From: Nitrosarchaeum sp.
Lineage (GTDB): Archaea; Thermoproteota; Nitrososphaeria; Nitrososphaerales; Nitrosopumilaceae
Direction of reading: 5' to 3'
DNA length: 64,000 nucleotides
Assembly: GCA_965223865.1 (NCBI GenBank)
Contig: OZ245020.1
Location: 1,120,001 to 1,184,000 of the forward strand
In this document: piece by piece, positions 1 to 9,409 of the stretch
How the letters are laid out: the number at the start of each line of letters is the position of its first letter
Position numbering within the stretch: the stretch's first letter is position 1
Translations under genes and position numbers: made by a program
Notes under the pieces: model-generated
Databases searched by the model: none
What the model saw: only the letters and a program-made list of their open reading frames with translations
What the model was told of the DNA's origin: nothing

Positions 1-455
1 CTAAGTGAAGGATCAGGATCAACAATCTCTTGGTTATTTCTAATTCTTTGCCAACTTGCAATGATTGTGGGAATCTTTGCAATTAGATTGATTGCCCTAT
101 CAGAGCTTGCACTTTTGGTTGAAAATTCTTCATCATAATACCCTGCAAGAGCCGCAACAAATGCTTGAAGCATATCCATGGGATCTGCATCTTTTCTCCA
201 ATTTCCCATGTTCTTTTGCATTTGTTTTGGAATGAATCTTGCATCAACTAATTTTGAATTAAATTCTGATAATTGTTCTTTTGTTGGAAGATCATCATAT
301 AGGAGTAAATAGGCTGTTTCTTCAAATGTGGAGTTTTTTGTAAGATCTAAAATATCATATCCACGATAAATCAGCTTGCCTTTTTCACCATCTATGTTGG
401 AAATTCTGGTATCTGCAACCTCAATTCCCCGCAAACCAATGTTTTTTGTTTCCAT
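1..455 (-). CDS. gltA: Citrate synthase, N-terminal part (runs off the window edge)
   Basis: Manual translation from ATG at 455: METKNIGLRGIEVADTRISNIDGEKGKLIYRGYDILDL...FEETAYLLLY, a typical citrate synthase N-terminus; not in the ORF track. Confidence 0.9.
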   Translation of the reverse strand, partial: METKNIGLRGIEVADTRISNIDGEKGKLIYRGYDILDLTKNSTFEETAYLLLYDDLPTKEQLSEFNSKLVDARFIPKQMQKNMGNWRKDADPMDMLQAFVAALAGYYDEEFSTKSASSDRAINLIAKIPTIIASWQRIRNNQEIVDPDPSL

Positions 456-574
456 ATTGAACCTAATGAAGATCTTCTATTATATTTTCGCAAAAAAGCA
501 TGTATATGAAATTCATCTTTTTGTCTAATCTAACAACTCTGAACCATAAATGACAATTTCTAATCTAAAATTAA

Positions 575-742
575 TTGACTCCAGATGAACGTAAATTATT
601 ACAGAAATTAGATCAATTGATATTGAACGCATCTTCTGAAGAATTAAAAAAGATTCAGGAAGTTGATATTCAAACTCAAATGAAAGGATTGTCATTTTAC
701 GACACTGATAAATTCAAAATTTTTGCCAAATCAAAGTATTAA
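575..742 (+). CDS. Small hypothetical protein (55 aa)
   Basis: TTG-started ORF MTPDERKLLQKLDQLILNASSEELKKIQEVDIQTQMKGLSFYDTDKFKIFAKSKY fills an intergenic gap; below the ORF-track cutoff. Confidence 0.5.
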   Translation: MTPDERKLLQKLDQLILNASSEELKKIQEVDIQTQMKGLSFYDTDKFKIFAKSKY

Positions 743-811
743 ACACGACACCAGAGAAAAAAGAAAATAACTCATTTTGGTTTAAATGAGGGTGTAATTT
801 CATCGACCATA

Positions 812-1888
812 ATGGTGGTTTCCAAAACAAAGAAAGAAAAAAAGTCTACTAAAAAAATCTCAACAAAAAAGATCACCAAAAAAACTAAAACTAAAAAAAC
901 AATTAAAAAACAAAAAACCAAAATTATTTGTATTTCTCACAAAGAAGATGCAGATGGAATTAGTTCTGCAGCCTTGATTCGACAAGCCTTTGGAGGAGAT
1001 ACTATTTTAGTTGATTATCCTGGACAAATGGAGGCTCTCCAGCAAGTCTCTTCTGATGAAAAACTCAAATCATTATACATTTGTGATTTAGGTCTTAGCA
1101 AGAAAAATCAAGATGAGTTTGTTGAGTTGATAAAAACTCTAAGGAAAAACAAGGTGTCTGTTACTTATATCGACCATCATGACATTGATCCAAAAATTGT
1201 CTTGGAATTAGAAAAAATCAAAGTAAAATTGGTTCATGACATTAATGAATGTGCAACTGTACAGGTGTACAAAAAATTCAAATCCAAATTATCTGATCAC
1301 TCTGCATTTATTGCTGCATGTGCTGCAATTACAGATTATATGGAAGATAGACCAATGGGTTCAAAATTATTACAAATTTATGATAGGCAATTTGCATTAA
1401 TTAGTGCAACAGTTCTTACCTACAATATAGTTGGTCATCAAAAAGATCCTGATTATCTTCTTTATCTAGTTGAAGAACTTGCTGAATCAAAATTCCCACA
1501 TGAAATTCCAAATACTTTTGAATTTGCACAAATTCAAGTCGAAAAACTAGCGCAAATGATTGTCAAAGTCAAACAGGGTATGAAAACTATGAAAAACCTA
1601 TGTCATATGGAGATTATTGATGCAGGAGCTAGTGGTGCAGTTAATTTTGTTTTAGGTTTGTCTGGTAAAGATGTTGGAGTTGCATACAAAGAAAGAGTTG
1701 ATCATGGGATTTATGCTGTGTCGGTAAGAGGCTCTAAAAACTGCAAGATACATTTGGGAAAAATTATTAATGTTTTGGCAACTGAACTAGGAGGATCGGG
1801 CGGTGGACATGACAAAGCTTGCGGTGCGGTAATTCCAAAAACAAAAATCAAAAAATTTCTTACTGAATTTAATAAAAAACTAAATTAA
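812..1888 (+). CDS. DHH/DHHA1 family phosphoesterase with Lys-rich N-terminal tail
   Basis: HKEDADG, ICDLG, IDHH and SGGGHDKACG motifs. Confidence 0.9.
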   Translation: MVVSKTKKEKKSTKKISTKKITKKTKTKKTIKKQKTKIICISHKEDADGISSAALIRQAFGGDTILVDYPGQMEALQQVSSDEKLKSLYICDLGLSKKNQDEFVELIKTLRKNKVSVTYIDHHDIDPKIVLELEKIKVKLVHDINECATVQVYKKFKSKLSDHSAFIAACAAITDYMEDRPMGSKLLQIYDRQFALISATVLTYNIVGHQKDPDYLLYLVEELAESKFPHEIPNTFEFAQIQVEKLAQMIVKVKQGMKTMKNLCHMEIIDAGASGAVNFVLGLSGKDVGVAYKERVDHGIYAVSVRGSKNCKIHLGKIINVLATELGGSGGGHDKACGAVIPKTKIKKFLTEFNKKLN

Positions 1889-1971
1889 ATTTCCAAATCC
1901 ATTTGTTTGCATCAAATTGGCTAGAAGTTGGAAGAATTTTTTAATATTCTAAAGCCGAAATATCTTTTAAA

Positions 1972-3084
1972 TTGAATATCAAATTTATCATTCCTGCCTT
2001 AGTTTTAGCAGTTGGCATTGTTGGATATTTTGCATTTTTTCCTAATTCTGAATCAACGTCCTCATCAGAATTTCTTTCTGAATCAATACCTGCACCTGTT
2101 TCTACATTAGATGTTATGATTACTGATGGACAAAAACACATTATTCCACTTGATAAAATCAAAGGAGGAGGTCCTCCAAAAGATGGTATTCCATCAATAG
2201 ATAATCCAAAATTTGCAACTGTTGAAAATTCCCAATTTGTCTCAGATTCTGATGTTGTAATAGGTTTGAAGATAAACGATGAAGCCCGTGCATATCCTCT
2301 TTTTATCTTAGTGTGGCATGAAATTGTTAATGACAAAGTAGGTGGAATTCCAGTGGCAGTAACTTATTGTCCTTTATGTTATACAAATCAGGTATTTGAG
2401 AGAATAGTAAATGGCAATGTTGTTGAATTTGGTACATCAGGAAAATTGTACAATAGTAATTTGTTGATGTATGATAGATTGACTGAATCTTATTGGAGTC
2501 AGGGACTTGGTCTTGCAGTTACAGGCGAGCTTAGTGGTCATAAATTGAAGATCATCCCATTTGATGTGATTACCTGGGGGGATTGGAAGACTCTTTATCC
2601 TGAAACATTAGTTTTGACAACTGATACAGGTCATATTAGATCCTATGCCACCGACCCATATGGTGACTATTACACTGATCCTAGAATTATTTTCCCAGTG
2701 GATAATAAAGATGATAGAATGCATCCTAAGGAAATCATCTTAGGATTTAATGAAGGTGGAATTTACAAGGCCTATAAACAATCTGATGTAGAACTCTCCA
2801 AAATTATCAATGATGAAATTGGAGATACCTCTGTATTGCTAGTTTCTTCATTTAATCAAAACTCTAGAGCCTTTGATCGGACAGTTGATGGTAAAATTTT
2901 TGATTTTCAACATGAAGATGGTAAAATTGTAGATATTCAAACAAGCTCTGAATGGAATTATGAAGGAATTGCAATATCTGGTCCTATGGAAGGAAATCAG
3001 TTGTCAAGAATCCCAATTGAGCCGGGTTTTTGGTTTTCATGGGTCTCATTTTATCCTGAAACACTAATTTATGGAGAAACATGA
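1972..3084 (+). CDS. DUF3179 family membrane-anchored protein
   Basis: N-terminal TM, GGPPKDGIPSID, WHEIVND, TYCPLC, SGKLYNSNLLMYD, FWFSW motifs. Confidence 0.85.
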   Translation: MNIKFIIPALVLAVGIVGYFAFFPNSESTSSSEFLSESIPAPVSTLDVMITDGQKHIIPLDKIKGGGPPKDGIPSIDNPKFATVENSQFVSDSDVVIGLKINDEARAYPLFILVWHEIVNDKVGGIPVAVTYCPLCYTNQVFERIVNGNVVEFGTSGKLYNSNLLMYDRLTESYWSQGLGLAVTGELSGHKLKIIPFDVITWGDWKTLYPETLVLTTDTGHIRSYATDPYGDYYTDPRIIFPVDNKDDRMHPKEIILGFNEGGIYKAYKQSDVELSKIINDEIGDTSVLLVSSFNQNSRAFDRTVDGKIFDFQHEDGKIVDIQTSSEWNYEGIAISGPMEGNQLSRIPIEPGFWFSWVSFYPETLIYGET

Positions 3085-3572
3085 TGAATCCTATTCAAAA
3101 AGCAATATCTTTGGGAATAATCACTATTCTAATTTATCTCACAGTTGTGGTAATCACAACTCCTGCTTTATTTCCAATTGATGCTATCAACGCTGCATTA
3201 CAACTCAACTCTGTTGTTATTTTTGGAATGGGAATTGGCATAGGATTGCAAGTATATCTTTCTGAGAAAAGCAAGTTACTGGGTTGTTCATTGAAAGTCA
3301 AGAAAAAAACATTTGGTGGTAATTCTGGAAGCACTGCTGCCACATCTTTTTTCTCTTTTTTCTCACTGGTTCCCTTGGGTTGTTGTGGTTGGTGGCTTTA
3401 TGCTCTTTCACTTTTACCAGGAATAATAGGCACTGGTGTTTCTGCAGTTTTAATAGAGTATAGTACAGTTTTAGCATATATTGGATTGTTGATAATTTTT
3501 GGATTTGTTGGATTAACTGCATACAATCTAAGAATGGAGTTAAAAAAACAAAAAATCTCCTCAGTAAATTAA
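3081..3572 (+). CDS. Membrane protein with a CC motif, co-transcribed with the DUF3179 gene
   Basis: Several hydrophobic segments, GCCG motif, 4-nt overlap with upstream gene. Confidence 0.7.
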   Translation: MMNPIQKAISLGIITILIYLTVVVITTPALFPIDAINAALQLNSVVIFGMGIGIGLQVYLSEKSKLLGCSLKVKKKTFGGNSGSTAATSFFSFFSLVPLGCCGWWLYALSLLPGIIGTGVSAVLIEYSTVLAYIGLLIIFGFVGLTAYNLRMELKKQKISSVN

Positions 3573-3763
3573 TTTACCTGATTACAACTACCACAACCAT
3601 TTTTTCTAGTTGCAAACCAAACAAAAAATGTAATAGCTAAAGGATATAAAAACAAATGATATTCAAATTCAAAATTAAATTTTCCAAAAAACGCTAGCAA
3701 AAAAACTCCTCCAAAAATAATCGAGGAAAATAATGAAATCTTATTTATTTTATCTTTATTCAT
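3569..3763 (-). CDS. Small two-TM membrane protein with C-terminal CxxC
   Basis: 64-aa ORF, two hydrophobic stretches, GCGSC end. Confidence 0.55.
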   Translation of the reverse strand: MNKDKINKISLFSSIIFGGVFLLAFFGKFNFEFEYHLFLYPLAITFFVWFATRKNGCGSCNQVN

Positions 3764-3884
3764 TTTTTAATTTTCTAATTATTTTTTTATTTGTCTATAA
3801 TTCAGTACCGGTAAAATACAATATGGGCAATTAATCTGTGAAATGGAACAACAATAAATACAATCACATTTTCCTTTCTCATGT

Positions 3885-4085
3885 TTACATTCTTGGCATT
3901 TCATCTCTTTTGTTCCTTGGTTTTGACCTTAATCGTGTTCTACAACATGGACATGTGTATTCATCAGTCTTAAAAAATAATGCACAAAGTGAACACCACT
4001 TTTGCCCAATCTTATATCGTAGATTATTTGAAAATGTGGAAGATTGGAAACGCCCACACAAACCTCTACACATTTGCACCATCAA
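3885..4085 (-). CDS. Small Cys-rich zinc-finger-like protein
   Basis: CRGLC, CSLC, CPCC pattern typical of small thaumarchaeal Zn-binding proteins. Confidence 0.7.
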   Translation of the reverse strand: MMVQMCRGLCGRFQSSTFSNNLRYKIGQKWCSLCALFFKTDEYTCPCCRTRLRSKPRNKRDEMPRM

Positions 4086-4134
4086 TTTACATTGGTTTAA
4101 AATCTATTTAAGAAAATTTCCAAGTATTGTGAGT

Positions 4135-4587
4135 TTATTTTATTTCAACTATTGCATCAATTTCAGTCATAGAATTTAATGGCAAACTTGCAACACCTAC
4201 AGCAATTCTTGAGTGCTTTCCACTTTCTCCAAATATTTCAAAAAATAGATCCGATGCTGGATTGATTACTTTAGGTTGCTGTGAGAATTCTGGATCTGAA
4301 TTTACAAATCCTGACAATCTTACTATTTTTGCAACTTTTTCTAAATCTCCTAGTTCTCGTTTTAGTTGAGCAATAATGTTTATTGCACACATTCTGGCTG
4401 ATTTTTGAGCAGTTTCTAAATTGTCATCTGAGACTTTACCTGTAAAGACTACTTTTCCATCTTTCATAGGAATTTGTCCGGATACAAAAAGCAAATTCCC
4501 TGTTCTTATGACTGGAACATAAGACCCTGCAGGAGTTGGAGGAGTTGGAAGTTTAATCCCTATTGATTTGATTTTTTCCTCAATCAA
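4135..4587 (-). CDS. RidA/YjgF family protein
   Basis: PAGSYVP, LFVSGQIP, GKHSRIAVGVASLP, EIDAIVE. Confidence 0.9.
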   Translation of the reverse strand: MIEEKIKSIGIKLPTPPTPAGSYVPVIRTGNLLFVSGQIPMKDGKVVFTGKVSDDNLETAQKSARMCAINIIAQLKRELGDLEKVAKIVRLSGFVNSDPEFSQQPKVINPASDLFFEIFGESGKHSRIAVGVASLPLNSMTEIDAIVEIK

Positions 4588-4615
4588 GATGTTTGCAAGT
4601 TTTTATTGTCTGATT

Positions 4616-5776
4616 TTAATTTTTAGATATTTTAAGATGTACTTTTTCTCCTTTACTTGATTGATTTTGATATGCCATTCTTGTTTTGTAACCTTGTTTT
4701 TTTAGACAATCATCTAAAATTGAAACCCATGGTAATGAATGACCGCTATTTAATTTGGATTCAATTGTTATGTTTTTTGTATTTGCATCAAAATTAACAG
4801 AACCTGAACACGTGATTTGTAAAACTACGTTGATCGTTTCTATAATTTCATCAAGTGATTTTGATTTTAAAGTAATTCCATTTTTCTCTAACAATTTTAG
4901 CATTTCATATTCTGATTTTTTTGTTATAATTGAAGAATCTAGAACATGATGTAATCCATTTTCATTTATTATGCGAATAATTTTGTATATTTCTTGAGCT
5001 TCCATCTTTGTCATGTCAGATAATGCTTCAGTCTTCATAGAATTTTTCCAGATATTTGTAAACATTTTACGTTGATTGGATCCTAAAATATCAGTTGATG
5101 AAAAGGTAGCTCCTTTCCCATTGTCGCTGTTTACTATCAATACTTCTGTTTCATCAAAGATGAAAGAATTTTGAATAATATCTGACGCCCTAATTTTTAC
5201 TCCATCTGGTATTGTTCTATATGATTCAGAACAAATTTGTGATGATGGAACAAGAAGCTTAACATCTAAATTTCTCCGAATCACTGAAACCATCTGTTCT
5301 TTGCATTCGGCAACTAATCCTAACCCCCATTGGTCTGCCATGATGTTAATGGATGATTTGGAGCCTTCAATCATAGTTTTTAATTGTTCTAAAACATTGT
5401 TCGCATTTAGATGAAAGTATCTTTTTTCTTCTGAACCTCTTGACTTTCTACTTTCTTCACTGGCTTTTTTTAAATTTGAGACTAGAGTATTCATTGCATT
5501 TACTTTGTTGATTTGTTCGTGAATAATAGAATCAAAAGCATCCTCAGGGGCAATTGCTGTACACATTATGGGTTTACTTTTAGAAATTATTGCTAATTTT
5601 TTATTTTCTAACTTTAGGAGTGTTGGATAAATTTTGGTTCTTGGAAGATCCGAGTAATAGGCCAGCTCACTTGCAGCTATTGTCCCTTTTGATATCAAGG
5701 TGACATACGCTTTGGCCTCATATTTGCTAAGCCCAAATTCCTCAAGACTAACTGTTAATGCATTTTCATTTGTCAT
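4616..5776 (-). CDS. TrmB family transcriptional regulator
   Basis: N-terminal GLSKYEAKAYVTL...LPRTKIYPTLLKLENK HTH followed by an effector-type domain. Confidence 0.9.
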   Translation of the reverse strand: MTNENALTVSLEEFGLSKYEAKAYVTLISKGTIAASELAYYSDLPRTKIYPTLLKLENKKLAIISKSKPIMCTAIAPEDAFDSIIHEQINKVNAMNTLVSNLKKASEESRKSRGSEEKRYFHLNANNVLEQLKTMIEGSKSSINIMADQWGLGLVAECKEQMVSVIRRNLDVKLLVPSSQICSESYRTIPDGVKIRASDIIQNSFIFDETEVLIVNSDNGKGATFSSTDILGSNQRKMFTNIWKNSMKTEALSDMTKMEAQEIYKIIRIINENGLHHVLDSSIITKKSEYEMLKLLEKNGITLKSKSLDEIIETINVVLQITCSGSVNFDANTKNITIESKLNSGHSLPWVSILDDCLKKQGYKTRMAYQNQSSKGEKVHLKISKN

Positions 5777-5868
5777 GCTTTTGATATTTTTCTGATTAGG
5801 TAAAATTGAAAGCTAAATTCCTTTACACAAATACTCAAAAAAAATCATAATTGTATCTACAGCAACAT

Positions 5869-5882
5869 GTAACTATGGTTAC
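5869..5882. promoter_or_regulatory. Near-perfect 14-bp palindrome GTAACTATGGTTAC, candidate operator
   Basis: Inverted repeat GTAAC-N4-GTTAC in the divergent trmB / ESCRT-III intergenic region. Confidence 0.4.
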
Positions 5883-5932
5883 TAATTAATTTGTGACAAG
5901 ACCTTGAAATACAAAATTTTACCCTATTTTGT

Positions 5933-6487
5933 ATGATCGGTGATTATAGTTATGCAGGTATAGGTTTTACAAATATTTCACAAAATGTGACAATTGTACC
6001 ACGTCTTAGTTATTCTACTGACTTGCTGTGTAAAATAATTGAAATTCTTAAAGAAAAAAGGAGCCTAATTAAAAAATCAAATCAGGTTATTTTAAATGAA
6101 TTTGATAGCAACTCTAAGGAGAGCCAAAAAGCACTTGATATTGAAAAAATAATTGCATTTTCCATTGAAATTCTTTCTCAAATTCAAAAAAGAACTGGTA
6201 TGATTACTGGAATTGCTGATTTGCCTAAGATTTTACCCTCTGCCATACCTATGATCAGAACAATTAGTGCTCAACTTTTCGATATTGCTCCTGAATGCAG
6301 TCAAAAATTATCTGAACTATCTGTTCACCTTGGAAGTATTGCTTTGGATTCTGCTACTCTTACCAAAGCAAGATTTGATTTTAGACTCTCAAATGAAGAG
6401 TCTGCAACTTTATTGGATGAAGTAAAATTGATGGTGGACTCTAAAATAAATAAGCAGTATCCTAATCTTGATTTTTTTAAACCATGA
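5933..6487 (+). CDS. Divergent ESCRT-III (CdvB-paralogue) protein
   Basis: Helical; C-terminal half (IPMIRTISAQL..PECSQKLSEL...NEESATLLDEVKLMVDSKINKQYPNL) resembles the CdvB/Snf7 core; two genes upstream of Vps4. Confidence 0.65.
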   Translation: MIGDYSYAGIGFTNISQNVTIVPRLSYSTDLLCKIIEILKEKRSLIKKSNQVILNEFDSNSKESQKALDIEKIIAFSIEILSQIQKRTGMITGIADLPKILPSAIPMIRTISAQLFDIAPECSQKLSELSVHLGSIALDSATLTKARFDFRLSNEESATLLDEVKLMVDSKINKQYPNLDFFKP

Positions 6488-6987
6488 AAAGTTTGAAAAT
6501 TTTAAAAACTAAACGAGATTTATCAAAAGATCTAGAACGAGTAAAAACCCTCTCAGAAAGAATTGACAAGAAGATTTTACAATCTAAAACACAGGATGAT
6601 TCAAAACTTGATAAACTCACTCTTGAAGAACTGCAAGATTTAAACAAGATTTCGGAACTAACGAATTTTCTATTATGTAAATATGAGGAAAAAAAAGAAA
6701 CACGCTCAATTTTACAATACTTTGTTTCAATTATTACAGAATCTACTGAATCCATTGAAAGTTTGGATGATGAAATTTCAGAACTCATAATCTCTGCTGA
6801 GGACTCTATTAACAAAGTAAAAGATATGCATGCTAACATATCTGAAAAGTCTGATTTTGATACTCCAAAACCAAAAAATATTAAAATTGATGAACCAGGT
6901 GCAATTAATTTAACTAAATTTACTACAGAGATTAACACCTTAGAATACCAACAAAATTTTCCAGAAGATGATGTACAGGTAATTTAG
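6484..6987 (+). CDS. Coiled-coil hypothetical protein in the Cdv cluster
   Basis: Heptad-like charged sequence; overlaps or abuts both neighbours. Confidence 0.7.
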   Translation: MKSLKILKTKRDLSKDLERVKTLSERIDKKILQSKTQDDSKLDKLTLEELQDLNKISELTNFLLCKYEEKKETRSILQYFVSIITESTESIESLDDEISELIISAEDSINKVKDMHANISEKSDFDTPKPKNIKIDEPGAINLTKFTTEINTLEYQQNFPEDDVQVI

Positions 6988-8181
6988 ATGAGTTTAGCCC
7001 CACAAGAATTAGAAAATAACGCAAGCAAGTATGCTTCTGAAGCAATAAAGTTTGATTCTCAAGGTGCACGTGGAATGGCCATTACCAACTATCAACATGC
7101 TATTGATTCTTTGGTAAAACTTTTGCAATTATATCCTACAAGTAAACTAAACCCCATTTACAAAGAAAGATGTAATTCTTATCATAATAGAATAAAGGCA
7201 CTGCAAGAGTCCCATGGTGTAGAGCCTGCAGTAGATCCTAAAGCAACACCTGAAGAGCAAAAGGCATCTGTTCAGCGACAAGAAGATGAAAATGACTTTG
7301 AAGAATTAGTCATGAAAGAAAAACCTAACATTAGTTGGAACGAAGTAATAGGCTTAGAAGATGCAAAAAGTGCATTACGTGAATCCATTGTTTATCCAAC
7401 AAAAAGACCTGATTTGTTTCCTCTTGGTTGGCCAAAAGGAATGCTTCTATATGGTCCACCTGGAACTGGAAAAACAATGCTGGCAGCAGCTACCGCAAGT
7501 GAAATGGATGGCTATTTCATTAATGTAGATGCATCTTCAATGATGAGTAAATGGTTGGGTGAAGCTGAAAAAAATGTATCAAAATTATTTAGAATGGCAA
7601 GAAAATATGCTGAAAAAGAAGGTAAACCCGTAATCTTATTTGTTGATGAAGTAGATTCTCTACTTGGTTCTAGAAATAGTGAAGTTGGAGGCGAAATTAG
7701 AACTAAAAATCAATTTCTAACTGAAATGGATGGTGTTAATGGAAAGGGTAAGGATTTGATGATGTATGTGATAGGTGCTACAAACAAACCTTGGAGTCTA
7801 GATTGGCCCTTTCTTAGAAGATTCCAAAAAAGAATCTATGTTTCTCTTCCAACACAAGAAGCAGGAGAGAGTTTGTTTCAACAATATACTACTGACTTAA
7901 GATTAGACTCTAGAGTTAATTCCAGAGAACTTGCCAAAATGTTTGATGGATATAGTGCAAGTGACATCAAAGATGTATGTCAAGCTGCACATCTGAAAAC
8001 GGTTCATGAGTTATTTGATTCTCCTGAATACCATGAACCAGTTGAAGGTGAATCTCAACAACAACCTAGAGAATTGACTACTGCAGACTTTAGAGACATC
8101 ATGTCTAGAAGAAAACCTAGCGTTTCAATGGAAATGATTCGAGCATATCACAAGTGGAGTGAAGAATTCCGCGCACTCTAG
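6988..8181 (+). CDS. cdvC: Vps4-type AAA+ ATPase CdvC (MIT + AAA)
   Basis: N-terminal MIT-like helices, Walker A GPPGTGKT, Walker B LFVDEVD, GATNKPW, RRFQKRIY. Confidence 0.92.
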   Translation: MSLAPQELENNASKYASEAIKFDSQGARGMAITNYQHAIDSLVKLLQLYPTSKLNPIYKERCNSYHNRIKALQESHGVEPAVDPKATPEEQKASVQRQEDENDFEELVMKEKPNISWNEVIGLEDAKSALRESIVYPTKRPDLFPLGWPKGMLLYGPPGTGKTMLAAATASEMDGYFINVDASSMMSKWLGEAEKNVSKLFRMARKYAEKEGKPVILFVDEVDSLLGSRNSEVGGEIRTKNQFLTEMDGVNGKGKDLMMYVIGATNKPWSLDWPFLRRFQKRIYVSLPTQEAGESLFQQYTTDLRLDSRVNSRELAKMFDGYSASDIKDVCQAAHLKTVHELFDSPEYHEPVEGESQQQPRELTTADFRDIMSRRKPSVSMEMIRAYHKWSEEFRAL

Positions 8182-8236
8182 AATAGATTTTTTTGCGATC
8201 AAGCTTCCAAAAACTTAAATCCATAATAACTAGAAC

Positions 8237-9409
8237 TTGACGAGGGTCACAATTACTATAAAGAAATCCAAGCATGCAAACAAGTTTGGAAAACTAATTT
8301 TTGATGATGGTACTGTTCTTGACGGAATGGGTTTTGGTTACTCTACGACCGTTTTTGGTGAAATCGTGTTTAATACTGGAATGGTAGGATATAACGAAAC
8401 ACTAACCGATCCATCTTACAGTGGTCAAATTCTTACTTTAACTTATCCTCTTGTGGGAAATTATGGTGTTCCAGATCCTGCTAGTATGGATGAAGATGGG
8501 ATATCCAAATTCTTTGAATCTGATAAAATCCAAGTGAGAGGATTAGTTGTTCATGAATTGTCATTGACTGCTAGTCATTGGAATCTCTTTATGACTCTAG
8601 ATGAGTGGCTTTACAATGAAAAAATTCCCGGAATCTCGGGAATTGATACTAGAGAACTAACGAAGAAACTACGAACGAAAGGCGTTATGATGGCTGCTTT
8701 GGTAGTTTCTGAAGAAAACATCGATATTGATGAAGTCAAAAAACAATTGGCATCAGCTCCAAATTATAATTCAGAGAAATTCATGGCTGCTGTTTCGACA
8801 AAAGAAGAACAGGTATATGGTTCTGATGAAAAATCTGTGGTTGTAATTGATACTGGTGCAAAAAATGCAATTCTTAGAAATATCCGTGAGATTGGCTACA
8901 AAGTTATCAAACTTCCATGGAACACTACCTTTGAAAAAATTCTTTCTTACAAACCAAAAGGAGTTGTAATTAGTAATGGACCAGGTGATCCTCAAAACTG
9001 TCCTGAAACAGTACTAGTTGCAAAAAAATTAATTGAAAATAATATTCCTACTTTGGGAATTTGTTTAGGTGCTCAAATTATTGGCTTAGCTGGTAATACA
9101 GAAACGTATAAACTAAAATACGGTCATCGAGGGCAAAACAAACCTTGTGTTAATCTAGAAAATAATCAAGTATATGTTACAAGTCAAAATCATGGTTATG
9201 GAATTACCCCAGAATCTTTAAGCAAATCTGAATTTGATTTATGGTTTACAAATGCAGACGACAAAACAGTTGAAGGAATAAAACACAAAAAACAAAATTG
9301 TGTTGCTGTGCAGTTTCATCCTGAAGCAGCACCAGGTCCTTATGATTGTAAATTTGTCTTTGAAGAGCTTAAACACCTTATGGAGGAAGGAAAGTCTGCC
9401 AAAGAATGA
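8237..9409 (+). CDS. carA: Carbamoyl-phosphate synthase small subunit
   Basis: GEIVFNTGMVGY, TDPSY, SNGPGDP, GICLG, SQNHGY, QFHPEA. Confidence 0.97.
   Translation: MTRVTITIKKSKHANKFGKLIFDDGTVLDGMGFGYSTTVFGEIVFNTGMVGYNETLTDPSYSGQILTLTYPLVGNYGVPDPASMDEDGISKFFESDKIQVRGLVVHELSLTASHWNLFMTLDEWLYNEKIPGISGIDTRELTKKLRTKGVMMAALVVSEENIDIDEVKKQLASAPNYNSEKFMAAVSTKEEQVYGSDEKSVVVIDTGAKNAILRNIREIGYKVIKLPWNTTFEKILSYKPKGVVISNGPGDPQNCPETVLVAKKLIENNIPTLGICLGAQIIGLAGNTETYKLKYGHRGQNKPCVNLENNQVYVTSQNHGYGITPESLSKSEFDLWFTNADDKTVEGIKHKKQNCVAVQFHPEAAPGPYDCKFVFEELKHLMEEGKSAKE
9382..9387 (+). promoter_or_regulatory. Shine-Dalgarno-like GGAGGA for carB
   Basis: Lies 8 nt before the CTG (9396) that opens the canonical CarB N-terminus xPKNESISKILVLGSG. 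Confidence 0.55.
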
